This document shows, one piece after another, positions 39,107-47,719 of a stretch of 64,000 nt of DNA (positions within the stretch are counted from its first letter, which is position 1; each line of letters opens with the position of its first letter). The translations under genes and the position numbers were made by a program. Source of the stretch: Gemmatimonadota bacterium (GTDB taxonomy: Bacteria > Gemmatimonadota > Gemmatimonadetes > Longimicrobiales > RSA9). Under the pieces are notes generated by a model. It did not search any database. It was not told the DNA's origin and was given only the letters and a program-made list of their open reading frames with translations. The DNA lies in contig JBBDRO010000100.1 in NCBI GenBank assembly GCA_040905425.1, forward strand, positions 63,124 through 127,123, written 5' to 3'.

Positions 39107-40879
39107 TCAGAACGCCCTGCGGTTGTTATCCGGCTGCACGTCGATGAGCACGCGCTCCGGATCAAGCACCGCCTCCGCCGGCCGCGCGTCCAGCGTGAAG
39201 CGGACCGCCTGCGTCCGCTCCCGGGACTCCAGGCGGATTGTCTCATCCCCCACCCGGAGGTCCACCGGCATCCAGATGTCCCCTTCGCGAATCACCTCCA
39301 CGGTGGCCACCCACTGCCCCCCCTCCTGCCTGAGGGAGGCGGCCCCCACCCGGTAATCGAGCTGGTCCGTGGTGCGGATCCACTGCTCGAAGAACCAGTC
39401 CAGCGGTTCGGGATGCCACGCCTCCATGCTCGCGCGGAAGTCCGCCTCCCGGACGTGCTGGAGCTGGTGCAGGGCAAAGTAGGTGCGTAGCCCCCTGCGG
39501 AAATCCTCCTCACCCATGAGCCAGCGCAGCATGCGGTAGACCAGCTGCGGCTTGGTGTAGGTCATGGCGCTGTAGGTGCCCGGATCCACGAAGTCCGCTC
39601 CGGCCAGGCCGATCGGCTGCGTGGCGCCCGCCTGCTCGCGCTGCACCACGCTGCGCATGGCGCCGGCCCACGGATCGCCGCCCTCGTGCTCCTCCACCCA
39701 CCAGGCGGAGAGGAAGGAGGAGAAGCCCTCGTCCAGCCAGCCCTCCAGCCACTCGTTGTTGCCGAAGATGCCGTGCACGTAGTTGTGTGCCACCTCGTGC
39801 AGGATGAGGCCCTGGGAGGCGGAGCCGTCCATGACCATCATGGGGAACTCGGTGCCGCCGCCCTCGATGCGGTGCAGGTTGGTGAGCTGCGGCCAGGGAA
39901 AGTCACCGAAGAGTTCGTGGAACCAGTCCAGCGCCACGCGCGTACGCTCGAGCGCCGTGTGGTCCTCCACCCAGTCGTCGTCGCCCGGCTGGAAGAGCAC
40001 ATGGATGGCAATGTCCTCCCAGCGGCCGCCGTCGTAGCCGTAATCCGGGTTGGCGCTCCAGGCAAAGTGGTGCACCTCCTCGGCGCGCCAGCGCACCTGC
40101 TTGTGTCCGGCCGCGGGAGCACCCTCCAGCAGGCCCAGCCGCTCGGCCGGCTCGCTGGCGTAGTAGTCGCGCCGGTACCATGGCTCCGCGCTCCGCGGGT
40201 GGCGGGCCGCCGCCCAGCCGGGATCCCCGTCGACCGGCACACCGGTGGCGCCCACCACCTGGTCCGCGGCCAGTTCCAGCGTCACGTCGAAGCTGCCGAA
40301 TTCGCCGTAGAATTCCCCCTGCGGCATGAGCGGCTGCACGCGCCAGCCGCCGCGATCCACCACCGCCAGGCGCGGATACCACTGGGCAAAGTCATAGTGC
40401 CGGTCACGCCTGCCCTGGCGCCGAGGCAGCGTGGAGGGGCGCGCATCCCAGTCCACCTCCACCGTAAGCGTGTCACCGGTGCCCAGCGCACGCGGCAGCG
40501 GAAAGCCCACCACCGTGGAGTCGGGGGCCAGGGGATAGACGGGGGCAATGCTCCGCCCGCCGGCCTCCACCCGCGTCAGGCGCTCGAAGGCGTGCTCGTC
40601 GGGCCCCAGGTCCGTGAAGCGACGCTCCCCGTATTCCAGCTCCCGCTCCGCCCACCGGCTGTGCGGCCGGAAGGCGTTCAGGTGCAGATGCAGCCAGAGC
40701 GTGTCCAGCGTGAAGGGGGAACGGTTCTCATAGCGCAGGCGTGCCCGGCCGTGCAGCACCTCCGCGGCTTCGTCGAGGCGCGCCTCGATGCGGTACGCCA
40801 CGCCCTGCTGGAAGTAGGCGGTATCGGCGGGCGCCTGCTGGGCGGCCGCGGCCAGGAGGAGTGCGGCGAATGCGGTCAT
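39107..40879 (-). CDS. M1 family zinc aminopeptidase, exported
   Basis: QWYPR, GGTEFP (GxMEN-like), LHEVAH...WLDEG, YTKP; signal peptide. Confidence 0.9.
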   Translation of the reverse strand: MTAFAALLLAAAAQQAPADTAYFQQGVAYRIEARLDEAAEVLHGRARLRYENRSPFTLDTLWLHLHLNAFRPHSRWAERELEYGERRFTDLGPDEHAFERLTRVEAGGRSIAPVYPLAPDSTVVGFPLPRALGTGDTLTVEVDWDARPSTLPRRQGRRDRHYDFAQWYPRLAVVDRGGWRVQPLMPQGEFYGEFGSFDVTLELAADQVVGATGVPVDGDPGWAAARHPRSAEPWYRRDYYASEPAERLGLLEGAPAAGHKQVRWRAEEVHHFAWSANPDYGYDGGRWEDIAIHVLFQPGDDDWVEDHTALERTRVALDWFHELFGDFPWPQLTNLHRIEGGGTEFPMMVMDGSASQGLILHEVAHNYVHGIFGNNEWLEGWLDEGFSSFLSAWWVEEHEGGDPWAGAMRSVVQREQAGATQPIGLAGADFVDPGTYSAMTYTKPQLVYRMLRWLMGEEDFRRGLRTYFALHQLQHVREADFRASMEAWHPEPLDWFFEQWIRTTDQLDYRVGAASLRQEGGQWVATVEVIREGDIWMPVDLRVGDETIRLESRERTQAVRFTLDARPAEAVLDPERVLIDVQPDNNRRAF

Positions 40880-40963
40880 GGTGTCCTGCTTCCCGGTTCA
40901 CTGGCGCGGTCCGGGCGGGCGCGGTTGCCCGGCCGGGGCGAAAGGCATAGTGTCCCGCCCCGC

Positions 40964-41860
40964 ATGCCCGGTCAAGCTGAGCCCGCGCCGTCCGCCACCC
41001 CGCCGAGCGGCGTCCGTCACATGGTGGCGGCCGCCTTCTTCTTCAGCGTCATGAGCCTGCTCGTCAAGGTGGCCGGCCAGCGTCTGCCCAGCCAGGAGCT
41101 GGTGCTGGGGCGCTCGGTGATCATGCTCGGCCTGGCCGCCGCCATGGTGAAGTACCGGGGCCTCTCTTTCCTGGGTAAGCGACCCGGCCTCCTCCTCCTG
41201 CGCGGGCTGCTCGGCTTCGCCGCCCTGTCCTGCTACTACTACGCCGTGGTGCACCTGCCCCTGGCCGATGCCACCACCATCCAGTACACCAATCCGGCCT
41301 TCACCGCCGTGCTCGCGGCGCTCCTCCTGGGCGAGCACATCCGCGCCCGGGAGGCGTTGCTCGTGGGCACCAGCCTGGTGGGTGTCCTGCTGATGGCCCA
41401 CCCCTCGTTCGTGTTCGGTGCCAACGGCAGCCGCCTGCCCCTCGGGGCGGTGGTCGTGGCGCTGGGCGGCGCCGTCTTCAGCGCCGGCGCGTACGTGGCC
41501 GTCCGTGAGCTGCGCCACTCCGACGATCCCTACGTCATCATCTTCTACTTCGCGCTGGTGAGCGCACTCGGCTCGCTGCTCCCCACGGCGCTCACGGCCG
41601 TGGCGCCCACGTCCCGGGAGTGGCTCCTGCTGCTGGGCATCGGCGGCAGCACGCATCTCGGCCAGCTCCTCCTCACGCGCGGCCTGGCACTCGAGCAGGC
41701 GGGCCGGGCCATGACCATCAGCTACGTACAGATTGTCTTCGCCGCCCTCTGGGGCGCGCTGTGCTTCGGCTACGTGCCGGACGTCTGGGCGCTGGGCGGG
41801 GCCGCGCTGGTGGTGGGCGGCACGGTGGCGCTGGGGCGCGGCGCGCGGGGTGCCCCGTGA
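40964..41860 (+). CDS. DMT/EamA family transporter
   Basis: About 10 TM helices; LPLADATTIQYTNP, LLGE and YVQIVFA patterns; upstream TTGCCC-17bp-TAGTGT. Confidence 0.88.
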   Translation: MPGQAEPAPSATPPSGVRHMVAAAFFFSVMSLLVKVAGQRLPSQELVLGRSVIMLGLAAAMVKYRGLSFLGKRPGLLLLRGLLGFAALSCYYYAVVHLPLADATTIQYTNPAFTAVLAALLLGEHIRAREALLVGTSLVGVLLMAHPSFVFGANGSRLPLGAVVVALGGAVFSAGAYVAVRELRHSDDPYVIIFYFALVSALGSLLPTALTAVAPTSREWLLLLGIGGSTHLGQLLLTRGLALEQAGRAMTISYVQIVFAALWGALCFGYVPDVWALGGAALVVGGTVALGRGARGAP

Positions 41861-41863
41861 CGC

Positions 41864-41892
41864 GAGCCCCCCGTCGCGCGCGACGGAGGGCT
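41864..41892. terminator. GC-rich hairpin between the convergent EamA and tRNA genes
   Basis: Inverted repeat gagccccccgtcg-cgcg-cgacggagggctc. Confidence 0.55.
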
Positions 41893-41902
41893 CGTTCGGG
41901 GA

Positions 41903-41977
41903 TGGGCGCGGAGGGATTTGAACCCCCGACCTTCCGGGTGTAAACCGGACGCTCTGAACCAACTGAGCTACGCGCCC
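41903..41977 (-). tRNA. tRNA-Val(TAC); CCA not encoded
   Basis: GGGCGCG acceptor stem, TAGCTCAGTTGG D-arm, anticodon arm TCCGG-TTTACAC-CCGGA, GGTTCAAATCC T-arm; upstream TGGACG-17bp-TACGAT promoter. Confidence 0.97.
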
Positions 41978-42020
41978 GCGAGGGCAAATCGTAGCGCCCG
42001 TCGGCCGCGGCGTCCAGCGC

Positions 42021-42581
42021 TCAACGCCCTCCCGGCGGGCCCGGCACCGGCTGGTGACAGGCCGCGCACACCGCGGCGCGGTAGCGCACCTGCCAGAGCG
42101 TGGGCTCGGGGGCCGGCGGCGGACCCGTAGCGGCCGCACGCTCCCAGGCGCGCGGCGGCACGCCCTCACCGCCCCCGGTGTGGCATACCAGGCAATCGTG
42201 ACCGCCACCGGGGATGCGGGCATCGTGGGGATCATGGCAGCGCATGCAGTTGGCCAGCACGGTAGGCGGATGGCCGCCGTGGAAGGGAGTCAGCGTTCCG
42301 GGGAAGGCATGGCATCCGGCGGATGTGCAGGTGGCCACCGCATCGGCCAGGCTCGGCTGCACGAAGAGGTCGTGGCAGGTGGCACACACCGCGCCGTGCG
42401 GCTCGTCGCGGGGCACGGGGGTGGTCAGGCACTGCCCCGGCTGATCGCTCAGGCAGCGCAGGTCTTCGACGCCGCGCTGCGGCTGCTGCGCCTGCTGCGC
42501 CGCCAGCGGCCCGCCGGCGGACGACACCACCGTCAGGAGCACCGCAACGTGCCCGGCGGCCCGCTTCATCCCGCCCCTCAT
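42021..42581 (-). CDS. small exported multiheme cytochrome c
   Basis: Signal peptide; CATCH, CTSAGCH, CMRCH, CLVCH and CAACH motifs; GGAGG Shine-Dalgarno. Confidence 0.85.
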   Translation of the reverse strand: MRGGMKRAAGHVAVLLTVVSSAGGPLAAQQAQQPQRGVEDLRCLSDQPGQCLTTPVPRDEPHGAVCATCHDLFVQPSLADAVATCTSAGCHAFPGTLTPFHGGHPPTVLANCMRCHDPHDARIPGGGHDCLVCHTGGGEGVPPRAWERAAATGPPPAPEPTLWQVRYRAAVCAACHQPVPGPPGGR

Positions 42582-42779
42582 GGTTCCGCCTCCCTTCTCC
42601 GTCCCCGACGCCCGCACCGGGTACACCCAAAACTACGACGCGGCGGCGGCCGATCACATGGGAGGTTTTCCGGAATCGGTGTGGGGAGCTTTCCGGCTCC
42701 TGTGGGCCGGCTCGATGCGCACGCGCGCGTGTGCCCGATGCAGTGTGACGGGCGCCCCCGGCGGTGCCGGAGAGCGTGG

Positions 42780-42995
42780 CTAGCGGATGATGCCCAGCGG
42801 CAGGAGAACCGCGTAGCCGAGCACCAGCAGCAGCGGCGCGCCGACCGTGGAGCCACCCGCCAGCAGCACGTAGCCGGCCACCACGGCGAGCAGCCCGGCC
42901 ACGAGCAGTACGGCGTTCACGGTGGAGAATTCCAGCGAGCCCCGTTGCTGATCGGGGCGGGTTGGCTTCGCGCGCGTGCCGGTGCGTATATTCAT
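42780..42995 (-). CDS. small two-TM membrane protein (DUF3098-like)
   Basis: 71 aa; F..VN..LL.AGL...GYVLL...APLLLVLGY..LLPLGII pattern; its own promoter TTGACC-17bp-CAGTTT. Confidence 0.65.
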   Translation of the reverse strand: MNIRTGTRAKPTRPDQQRGSLEFSTVNAVLLVAGLLAVVAGYVLLAGGSTVGAPLLLVLGYAVLLPLGIIR

Positions 42996-43027
42996 GCGCC
43001 GGAAACTGGCGGCGCTACGGGCGGCGG

Positions 43028-44059
43028 TCAAGGTGGCGGCTGTCCCGAGGGTGGCGGCGGTGGCGGCGGTGGTGGCGCTGTCCCGGGGTCCTCTCCCAAC
43101 CAGTAGGCGGGTCGATCGGGAAGCTCGCTGGCGCGCAGGCGCTCCAGCCGCTCGCGGTTGCGGCGCCGCCGCAGGTAGGTGAGCGCCACCACCAGCACGG
43201 CCAGGAAGGCCCACAGCACCACGCTCTGCGCCAGAAAGACCAGCCAGCCGTAGCGGCTCCGCACCCGCTCCAGCCAGAGCCGCTCGAACTGCGTGGAGGA
43301 GACAGCGTACGTGGCGCGCATGGCCTGCTCGAAGGAACCCGTGGCCCGCCAGCGCTCCAGGAACGGTCCGAAGCCGCTCCCCCCGCCCTGCTCCGCCAGG
43401 TAGCGGACGGCATCGGCGGCCAGGAGGTAGGCCACCCGGGCCTGGCTGGTCCCGCGCGGCCAGGCCAGCGTGAGCTCGTCCAGCGACGGGGCGCTGCCGG
43501 TCAGGAACGCCACCCTGAGCATCCATCCCGCCGCCGGATCCAGCTCGCCCGCGGCCCACGTGGCGTACCCCTCGGAGAACCAGCGCGGTACCGCCGCGCG
43601 GCCCACCCGACGCTGCAACCCCACGTGCGCCAGTTCGTGCTTGAGAATGCGGGCCAGCTCGTTCATGGCGGCCGTACGCGGCGCGTGCAGGGGCAGCACG
43701 ATGCGGCCCTCGAAGGGCAGCGCCACCCCCGCGCCCCACTCGGGGACCTGGCCGCCGGTCAACGCGTCGAAGGCCGCCTCGTCGGCCACCAGATGGATGT
43801 CCACCGTGTCGCCGCCCGGCCACCACCCCGCGGGGAAGCCGGGCAGCGGCAGGGCGTCCACCGCGCTCGCCAGCAGACGTTCGGCCAGTTCCCGCGCGGC
43901 GGCCGGCGCATACATGCGCATGCCGGGCCCGCGCAGCACGATGGTGGCGTCCTCCTGCCGGGCACCCGGTGCCGCGCGCCCGCCGAGGGGGGCAGCGGCG
44001 AAGAGCAGGAGAACGGCCGCGGCAACGACCCCCGTGCGGCGCGGACTACGCCTGCGCAC
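43028..44059 (-). CDS. membrane-anchored gluzincin-type (peptidase MA-like) metalloprotease
   Basis: Signal peptide; PEWGAGVA; KHELAH (HExxH); PRWFSEG; C-terminal TM followed by RRRR; overlaps the end of cheB. Confidence 0.75.
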   Translation of the reverse strand: MRRRSPRRTGVVAAAVLLLFAAAPLGGRAAPGARQEDATIVLRGPGMRMYAPAAARELAERLLASAVDALPLPGFPAGWWPGGDTVDIHLVADEAAFDALTGGQVPEWGAGVALPFEGRIVLPLHAPRTAAMNELARILKHELAHVGLQRRVGRAAVPRWFSEGYATWAAGELDPAAGWMLRVAFLTGSAPSLDELTLAWPRGTSQARVAYLLAADAVRYLAEQGGGSGFGPFLERWRATGSFEQAMRATYAVSSTQFERLWLERVRSRYGWLVFLAQSVVLWAFLAVLVVALTYLRRRRNRERLERLRASELPDRPAYWLGEDPGTAPPPPPPPPPSGQPPP

Positions 44060-44696
44060 GGCGGGCCAGGAGCCGCATCCTGGTGACCACGGCGGCGCCC
44101 AGTTCGCTCAGCGGCAGGACGAGCTGCGCGTGCTCCGCGGCGGCGCGCGGCATGCTGCCCATGGTGGCGCTGGCCTCGTCCTGCGCCACGGTCCAGCCCC
44201 CCGCCTCCCGGATGGCGCGCATGCCCTCCGCGCCATCCCTCCCCATGCCCGTCAGCACCACGCCCGCCCCCGCCGGACCGAAGTGGCTCGCCACGGCGTG
44301 GAACAACAGGTCGGCCGTGGGGCGTAGGCCGCCCACGGGGTCCCCGTCGAGCGCCGTGAAGACCACGCCGGCCGCCGTCCTGGCCAGACCCAGATGCGCA
44401 CCGCCCGGCGCCAGGTAGACGGTGCCGGAGCGGACAAGTTCTCCCGGCACGGCCTGGCGTACCGGGAGCGGCGTCAGGCCGTTCAGCCGGGCCGTGAGGG
44501 AGCGTGTAAAGAAGGCCGGGATGTGCTGGATGACGATCACGGCGGCGGGAAAATCACCGGGCAGCTCGGCGATCAGGCGGGCCAGTGCGGAGGGCCCACC
44601 GGTGGAGGCGGCCACGGCCACCGCCGCGACCGCCGGGGCCGATGCCGCCGGATCGGCATGCGGCGGCGACCCCCGGGTGGACTCAGAGTTCGACAT
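44046..44696 (-). CDS. cheB: CheB-type methylesterase, catalytic domain only (no receiver domain)
   Basis: Ser-His-Asp triad motifs AASTGGP, IQHIP and LTGMGRDGA; also APGG, AQDE and MPRAA. Confidence 0.9.
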   Translation of the reverse strand: MSNSESTRGSPPHADPAASAPAVAAVAVAASTGGPSALARLIAELPGDFPAAVIVIQHIPAFFTRSLTARLNGLTPLPVRQAVPGELVRSGTVYLAPGGAHLGLARTAAGVVFTALDGDPVGGLRPTADLLFHAVASHFGPAGAGVVLTGMGRDGAEGMRAIREAGGWTVAQDEASATMGSMPRAAAEHAQLVLPLSELGAAVVTRMRLLARRAQA

Positions 44697-45174
44697 CGGG
44701 CGCTCGCATGGAGCTTACCAGGAGGCGGCCGTCGGTCGTGTGCAGGAAGACCGAGCGGCCGTAGCCGCCGCCCACGTCCTTGGCCACGAGCGGGATGCGG
44801 ACAGCATCGAGCGCGCGCGTGGCGGCTGCCACATTGCGCTGTCCCAGGTTGCGGCGGTGCTCCTCCGCCACCGATTCGAACATGCTGGCCCCGCCAACCA
44901 GGCGGGCGCGCAGGCGGCCCGGGGCCGCGCCAGCCGTACGCATCTGGTCGATCAGGACCTGCACCGCTGTGGCGGCAAAGCGTCCCAGGGGCGTGGGGCG
45001 CCGTCCATCGGCGGGATCGGGCAGCATGGCGTGGGCCATCCCGCCCACACGGGCCTCCGGGTCCCACAGGGTGATGGCCACGCAGGATCCCAGACCCAGC
45101 GCACAGAGCACCTCCCCGCTACGCCCCACCTTCACCTCGCCGATGCGGACGGGGACGCGAATGGGCCGCGTCAT
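44683..45174 (-). CDS. cheD: chemoreceptor glutamine deamidase CheD
   Basis: LGLGSCVA, GGMAHAMLP, LVGGASMF, LGQRN, DVGGGYGR. Confidence 0.93.
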   Translation of the reverse strand: MTRPIRVPVRIGEVKVGRSGEVLCALGLGSCVAITLWDPEARVGGMAHAMLPDPADGRRPTPLGRFAATAVQVLIDQMRTAGAAPGRLRARLVGGASMFESVAEEHRRNLGQRNVAAATRALDAVRIPLVAKDVGGGYGRSVFLHTTDGRLLVSSMRAPDVEL

Positions 45175-46088
45175 GTACGGCGGTACACGCGTTCACGCGG
45201 GGCCACCGGGCTGAACAGTCCCGTGGCGCTACCGAAGAGGGCCTCCACCTTCCCCAGCACCAGGAATCCCCCTGGCGCCAGAGCCGCGTGAAGGCGGCGG
45301 AAGAGATCCTCCTGCACCCGCCGTTCGAAGTAGATGATCACGTTCCGGCAGAGGATGAGGTGCTGCTCGCGTGGGAAGGGATCGCGTAGCAGATCCAGCG
45401 GCCGGAAACGAACCCTGGCGTGCAGTTGCTCGTCGACCGTGCGTTGATCAGGGCCGCCGAACCAGCGCCGGCGCCGTCCCGCATCCAGATCACCCATGGC
45501 ATACTCGGCGTAGGTTCCGGAGGCGGCCGCGGCCAGCGCACCGCGGTCCACGTCGGTGGCCAGAATGCGGCAACGCTGCGGCTCCAGGCTGCCAGCACTC
45601 TCCTCCACGAGCATGGCCAGCGAATAGGCTTCCTCGCCCGCCGCGGTGCCCGCGCTCCACAGCCGTACCTCGCCCCGGACCACGGCCAGCTCCGGGACCA
45701 CCGCATCACGCAGGACCTTCCAGACCTCCGGATTGCGGAGAAACTTGCTCACGTTGATGGTCACGGCGTTCAGGAGCCGCTCGAGTTCCTCCGGCTGGCC
45801 CTCGAGCAACCGCTGGTAGGCGGCGTAATCGTGCACACCACAGGCACGCATGCGCACGGCCACGCGGCGCCGCATGCAGCGCTCCTTGTAGCTGGCGCAC
45901 GCCAGGCCGGTGCGGTTCTCCACGTAGCCCAGGAGGGCACCCAGCTCCGCCACTTCACGCTCGGTCAGCGGACCGTGCGCCAGCGGGAGGATGGCGTTCG
46001 GAGCGGCCCGGCGGTCCGCGGGCGGACGGACCACGCGGCCCGCCCGCGGGGGCGGCGTGGCGCCGTTGGCGCGCTCCTCAGCCGGCAT
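45171..46088 (-). CDS. cheR: chemotaxis methyltransferase CheR
   Basis: TINVSKFLRN, LWSAGTAAGEEAYS, ATDVD, ILCRNVIIYF, LAPGGFLVLG. Confidence 0.93.
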   Translation of the reverse strand: MPAEERANGATPPPRAGRVVRPPADRRAAPNAILPLAHGPLTEREVAELGALLGYVENRTGLACASYKERCMRRRVAVRMRACGVHDYAAYQRLLEGQPEELERLLNAVTINVSKFLRNPEVWKVLRDAVVPELAVVRGEVRLWSAGTAAGEEAYSLAMLVEESAGSLEPQRCRILATDVDRGALAAAASGTYAEYAMGDLDAGRRRRWFGGPDQRTVDEQLHARVRFRPLDLLRDPFPREQHLILCRNVIIYFERRVQEDLFRRLHAALAPGGFLVLGKVEALFGSATGLFSPVAPRERVYRRT

Positions 46089-47697
46089 GCTCCACGATCT
46101 CCAGATTGTTGCGCACCACGCGATTGTGCGGGTTGAGCTCCAGGGCGCGGGTCCAGTGGCGCACCGCCTCCTCCCGCTGCCGTCCCTTGTAGAGCACATT
46201 GCCCATCTTGGCGTGCAGGTCATCCCCCAGGTCGGGATCCAGCTCGGCGGCGCGCTGATAGTGCTCCAGGGCGTCCTCGTGGAGGCCGCGCCGATAGATC
46301 ACGTCCCCCAGGTTCTTGTGTGCCTGCGCCAGGCCGGGCTCTTCCTCTGAAGCGCGCCGATAACAGGCCTCCGCATGATCCAGGTTGCCACGCCGCTCGT
46401 GCACCAGCCCAGCCAGGAGGTGGACAGAGGCGGCATTGGGATGCGCCTCGACCGCCTCACCGGCCAGCGCGGCGGCACGGTCCAGGTCCCCGCCAAGCGC
46501 CGCAGCGAGCCCCGCGAAATGGTAGTACTGGGGAGAGGGCACCGCCGTGCCCAGCCGCCTGCGATACTCGGCATAGGCCTCGGCCGCTTCCGCGGGCCGC
46601 AGGGCATGGGTGAGCGTGAGGCCGCGTGCCAGCGCCACGGTCGGCGTGCCCGCCCGCAGCGTCTCCGCCTCATCCAGCACCAGGAGAGCGTCATCGAAGC
46701 GCTCCAGCGCGCGTAGGGAAACGGCCAGATTCACGAAGGCGGCGAACTGCGGGCCGTGATCCTCCAGCAGGGACTTGAGCTGCCGCACCGCGGCGCGGTG
46801 GCGGCCGTCGCGCATGGCGGACAGCGCCAGATGGAAGCGGGCGGAGAGATCGTGCGGTTCCAGTTCCAGCACCCGCCCGAACTCACGCTGCGCATCCTCC
46901 AGCATGCCTGCGCGGAAGAACGCGGTCCCCAGGTTGCGGCGCTCCGCCAACTCCGCCGCCTTGCCGCGGCCACCCTCCTTTTCCTTGCGGCGCCCCACCC
47001 GATGGCAGAATCCCGCCTGGATGAGGCCGAAGAGCGCCTGCCCCACGGTGAACTCCACCAGCCCGCTCTCGTCCACCAGATCCTGAACGCTGCGCTCCCC
47101 GTCCAGCAGCAGGACAATGCGCTGCTGCTCCGCGGTGAGTTCCACATCGGAGGTGAGCAAACGCTCACTCTCCACTTCGAAGACCAGATCCAGGGAGGGG
47201 ATCTTCTTCTCGATCAGGCTCCACTCGTCCACCCGGCGGGCGGCCTCCAGCAGGAGACTCTCCGGATTGATGGACACCAGGATGTCCGCCGAGTCGGGCT
47301 GCTCCCCCACCTCGAAGTAGAAGCTGCCGCGCGACCAGGTGAAGAGATGGTAGATGGCCTCTTCGATCTGCAGCCGGACGTAGCGCTCCAGATCCGCGCT
47401 GGTGATGTGGCCCTGCTCCACGAGCAGCTCTCCCACGCGGCGGTCAGGCTGCTGTGTCTGCAGCGCCAGTACCGCCTCGAGCTGCTCCTGCGTGAGGACG
47501 TCGTCGCGCACCAGGAGATCACCCAGGCGGTCCCGTCGGTTCACGACCTGTGCATACGTGATGCGGCCGGCTTCGAAGTAGATCTGACCGAAGCGCGAGC
47601 GATCCGTAACGGAAAGGCAACCGGTCTTCTGACCGAGCGCCAGGAGCTGGCACACGTCGGCCAGACTGGCCTCCTTCAGACTCCCCTTGATGGCCAT
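46078..47697 (-). CDS. DUF4388 / MshEN-like / wHTH-like / TPR protein
   Basis: MAIKGSL..SLADVCQLL..KTGCL, GSFYF and SLLLEAARRVDEW (DUF4388-type); internal RLGDLL...Q and RVGELL...Q motifs; multiple TPRs. Confidence 0.85.
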   Translation of the reverse strand: MAIKGSLKEASLADVCQLLALGQKTGCLSVTDRSRFGQIYFEAGRITYAQVVNRRDRLGDLLVRDDVLTQEQLEAVLALQTQQPDRRVGELLVEQGHITSADLERYVRLQIEEAIYHLFTWSRGSFYFEVGEQPDSADILVSINPESLLLEAARRVDEWSLIEKKIPSLDLVFEVESERLLTSDVELTAEQQRIVLLLDGERSVQDLVDESGLVEFTVGQALFGLIQAGFCHRVGRRKEKEGGRGKAAELAERRNLGTAFFRAGMLEDAQREFGRVLELEPHDLSARFHLALSAMRDGRHRAAVRQLKSLLEDHGPQFAAFVNLAVSLRALERFDDALLVLDEAETLRAGTPTVALARGLTLTHALRPAEAAEAYAEYRRRLGTAVPSPQYYHFAGLAAALGGDLDRAAALAGEAVEAHPNAASVHLLAGLVHERRGNLDHAEACYRRASEEEPGLAQAHKNLGDVIYRRGLHEDALEHYQRAAELDPDLGDDLHAKMGNVLYKGRQREEAVRHWTRALELNPHNRVVRNNLEIVEHAG

Positions 47698-47719
47698 CAG
47701 CCGCCTTCCTTCCGGCGCC

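Noticed and set aside
41860..42780. Genomic island integrated at tRNA-Val
   Set aside because: I saw no integrase, no duplicated tRNA 3' end and no obvious compositional shift.
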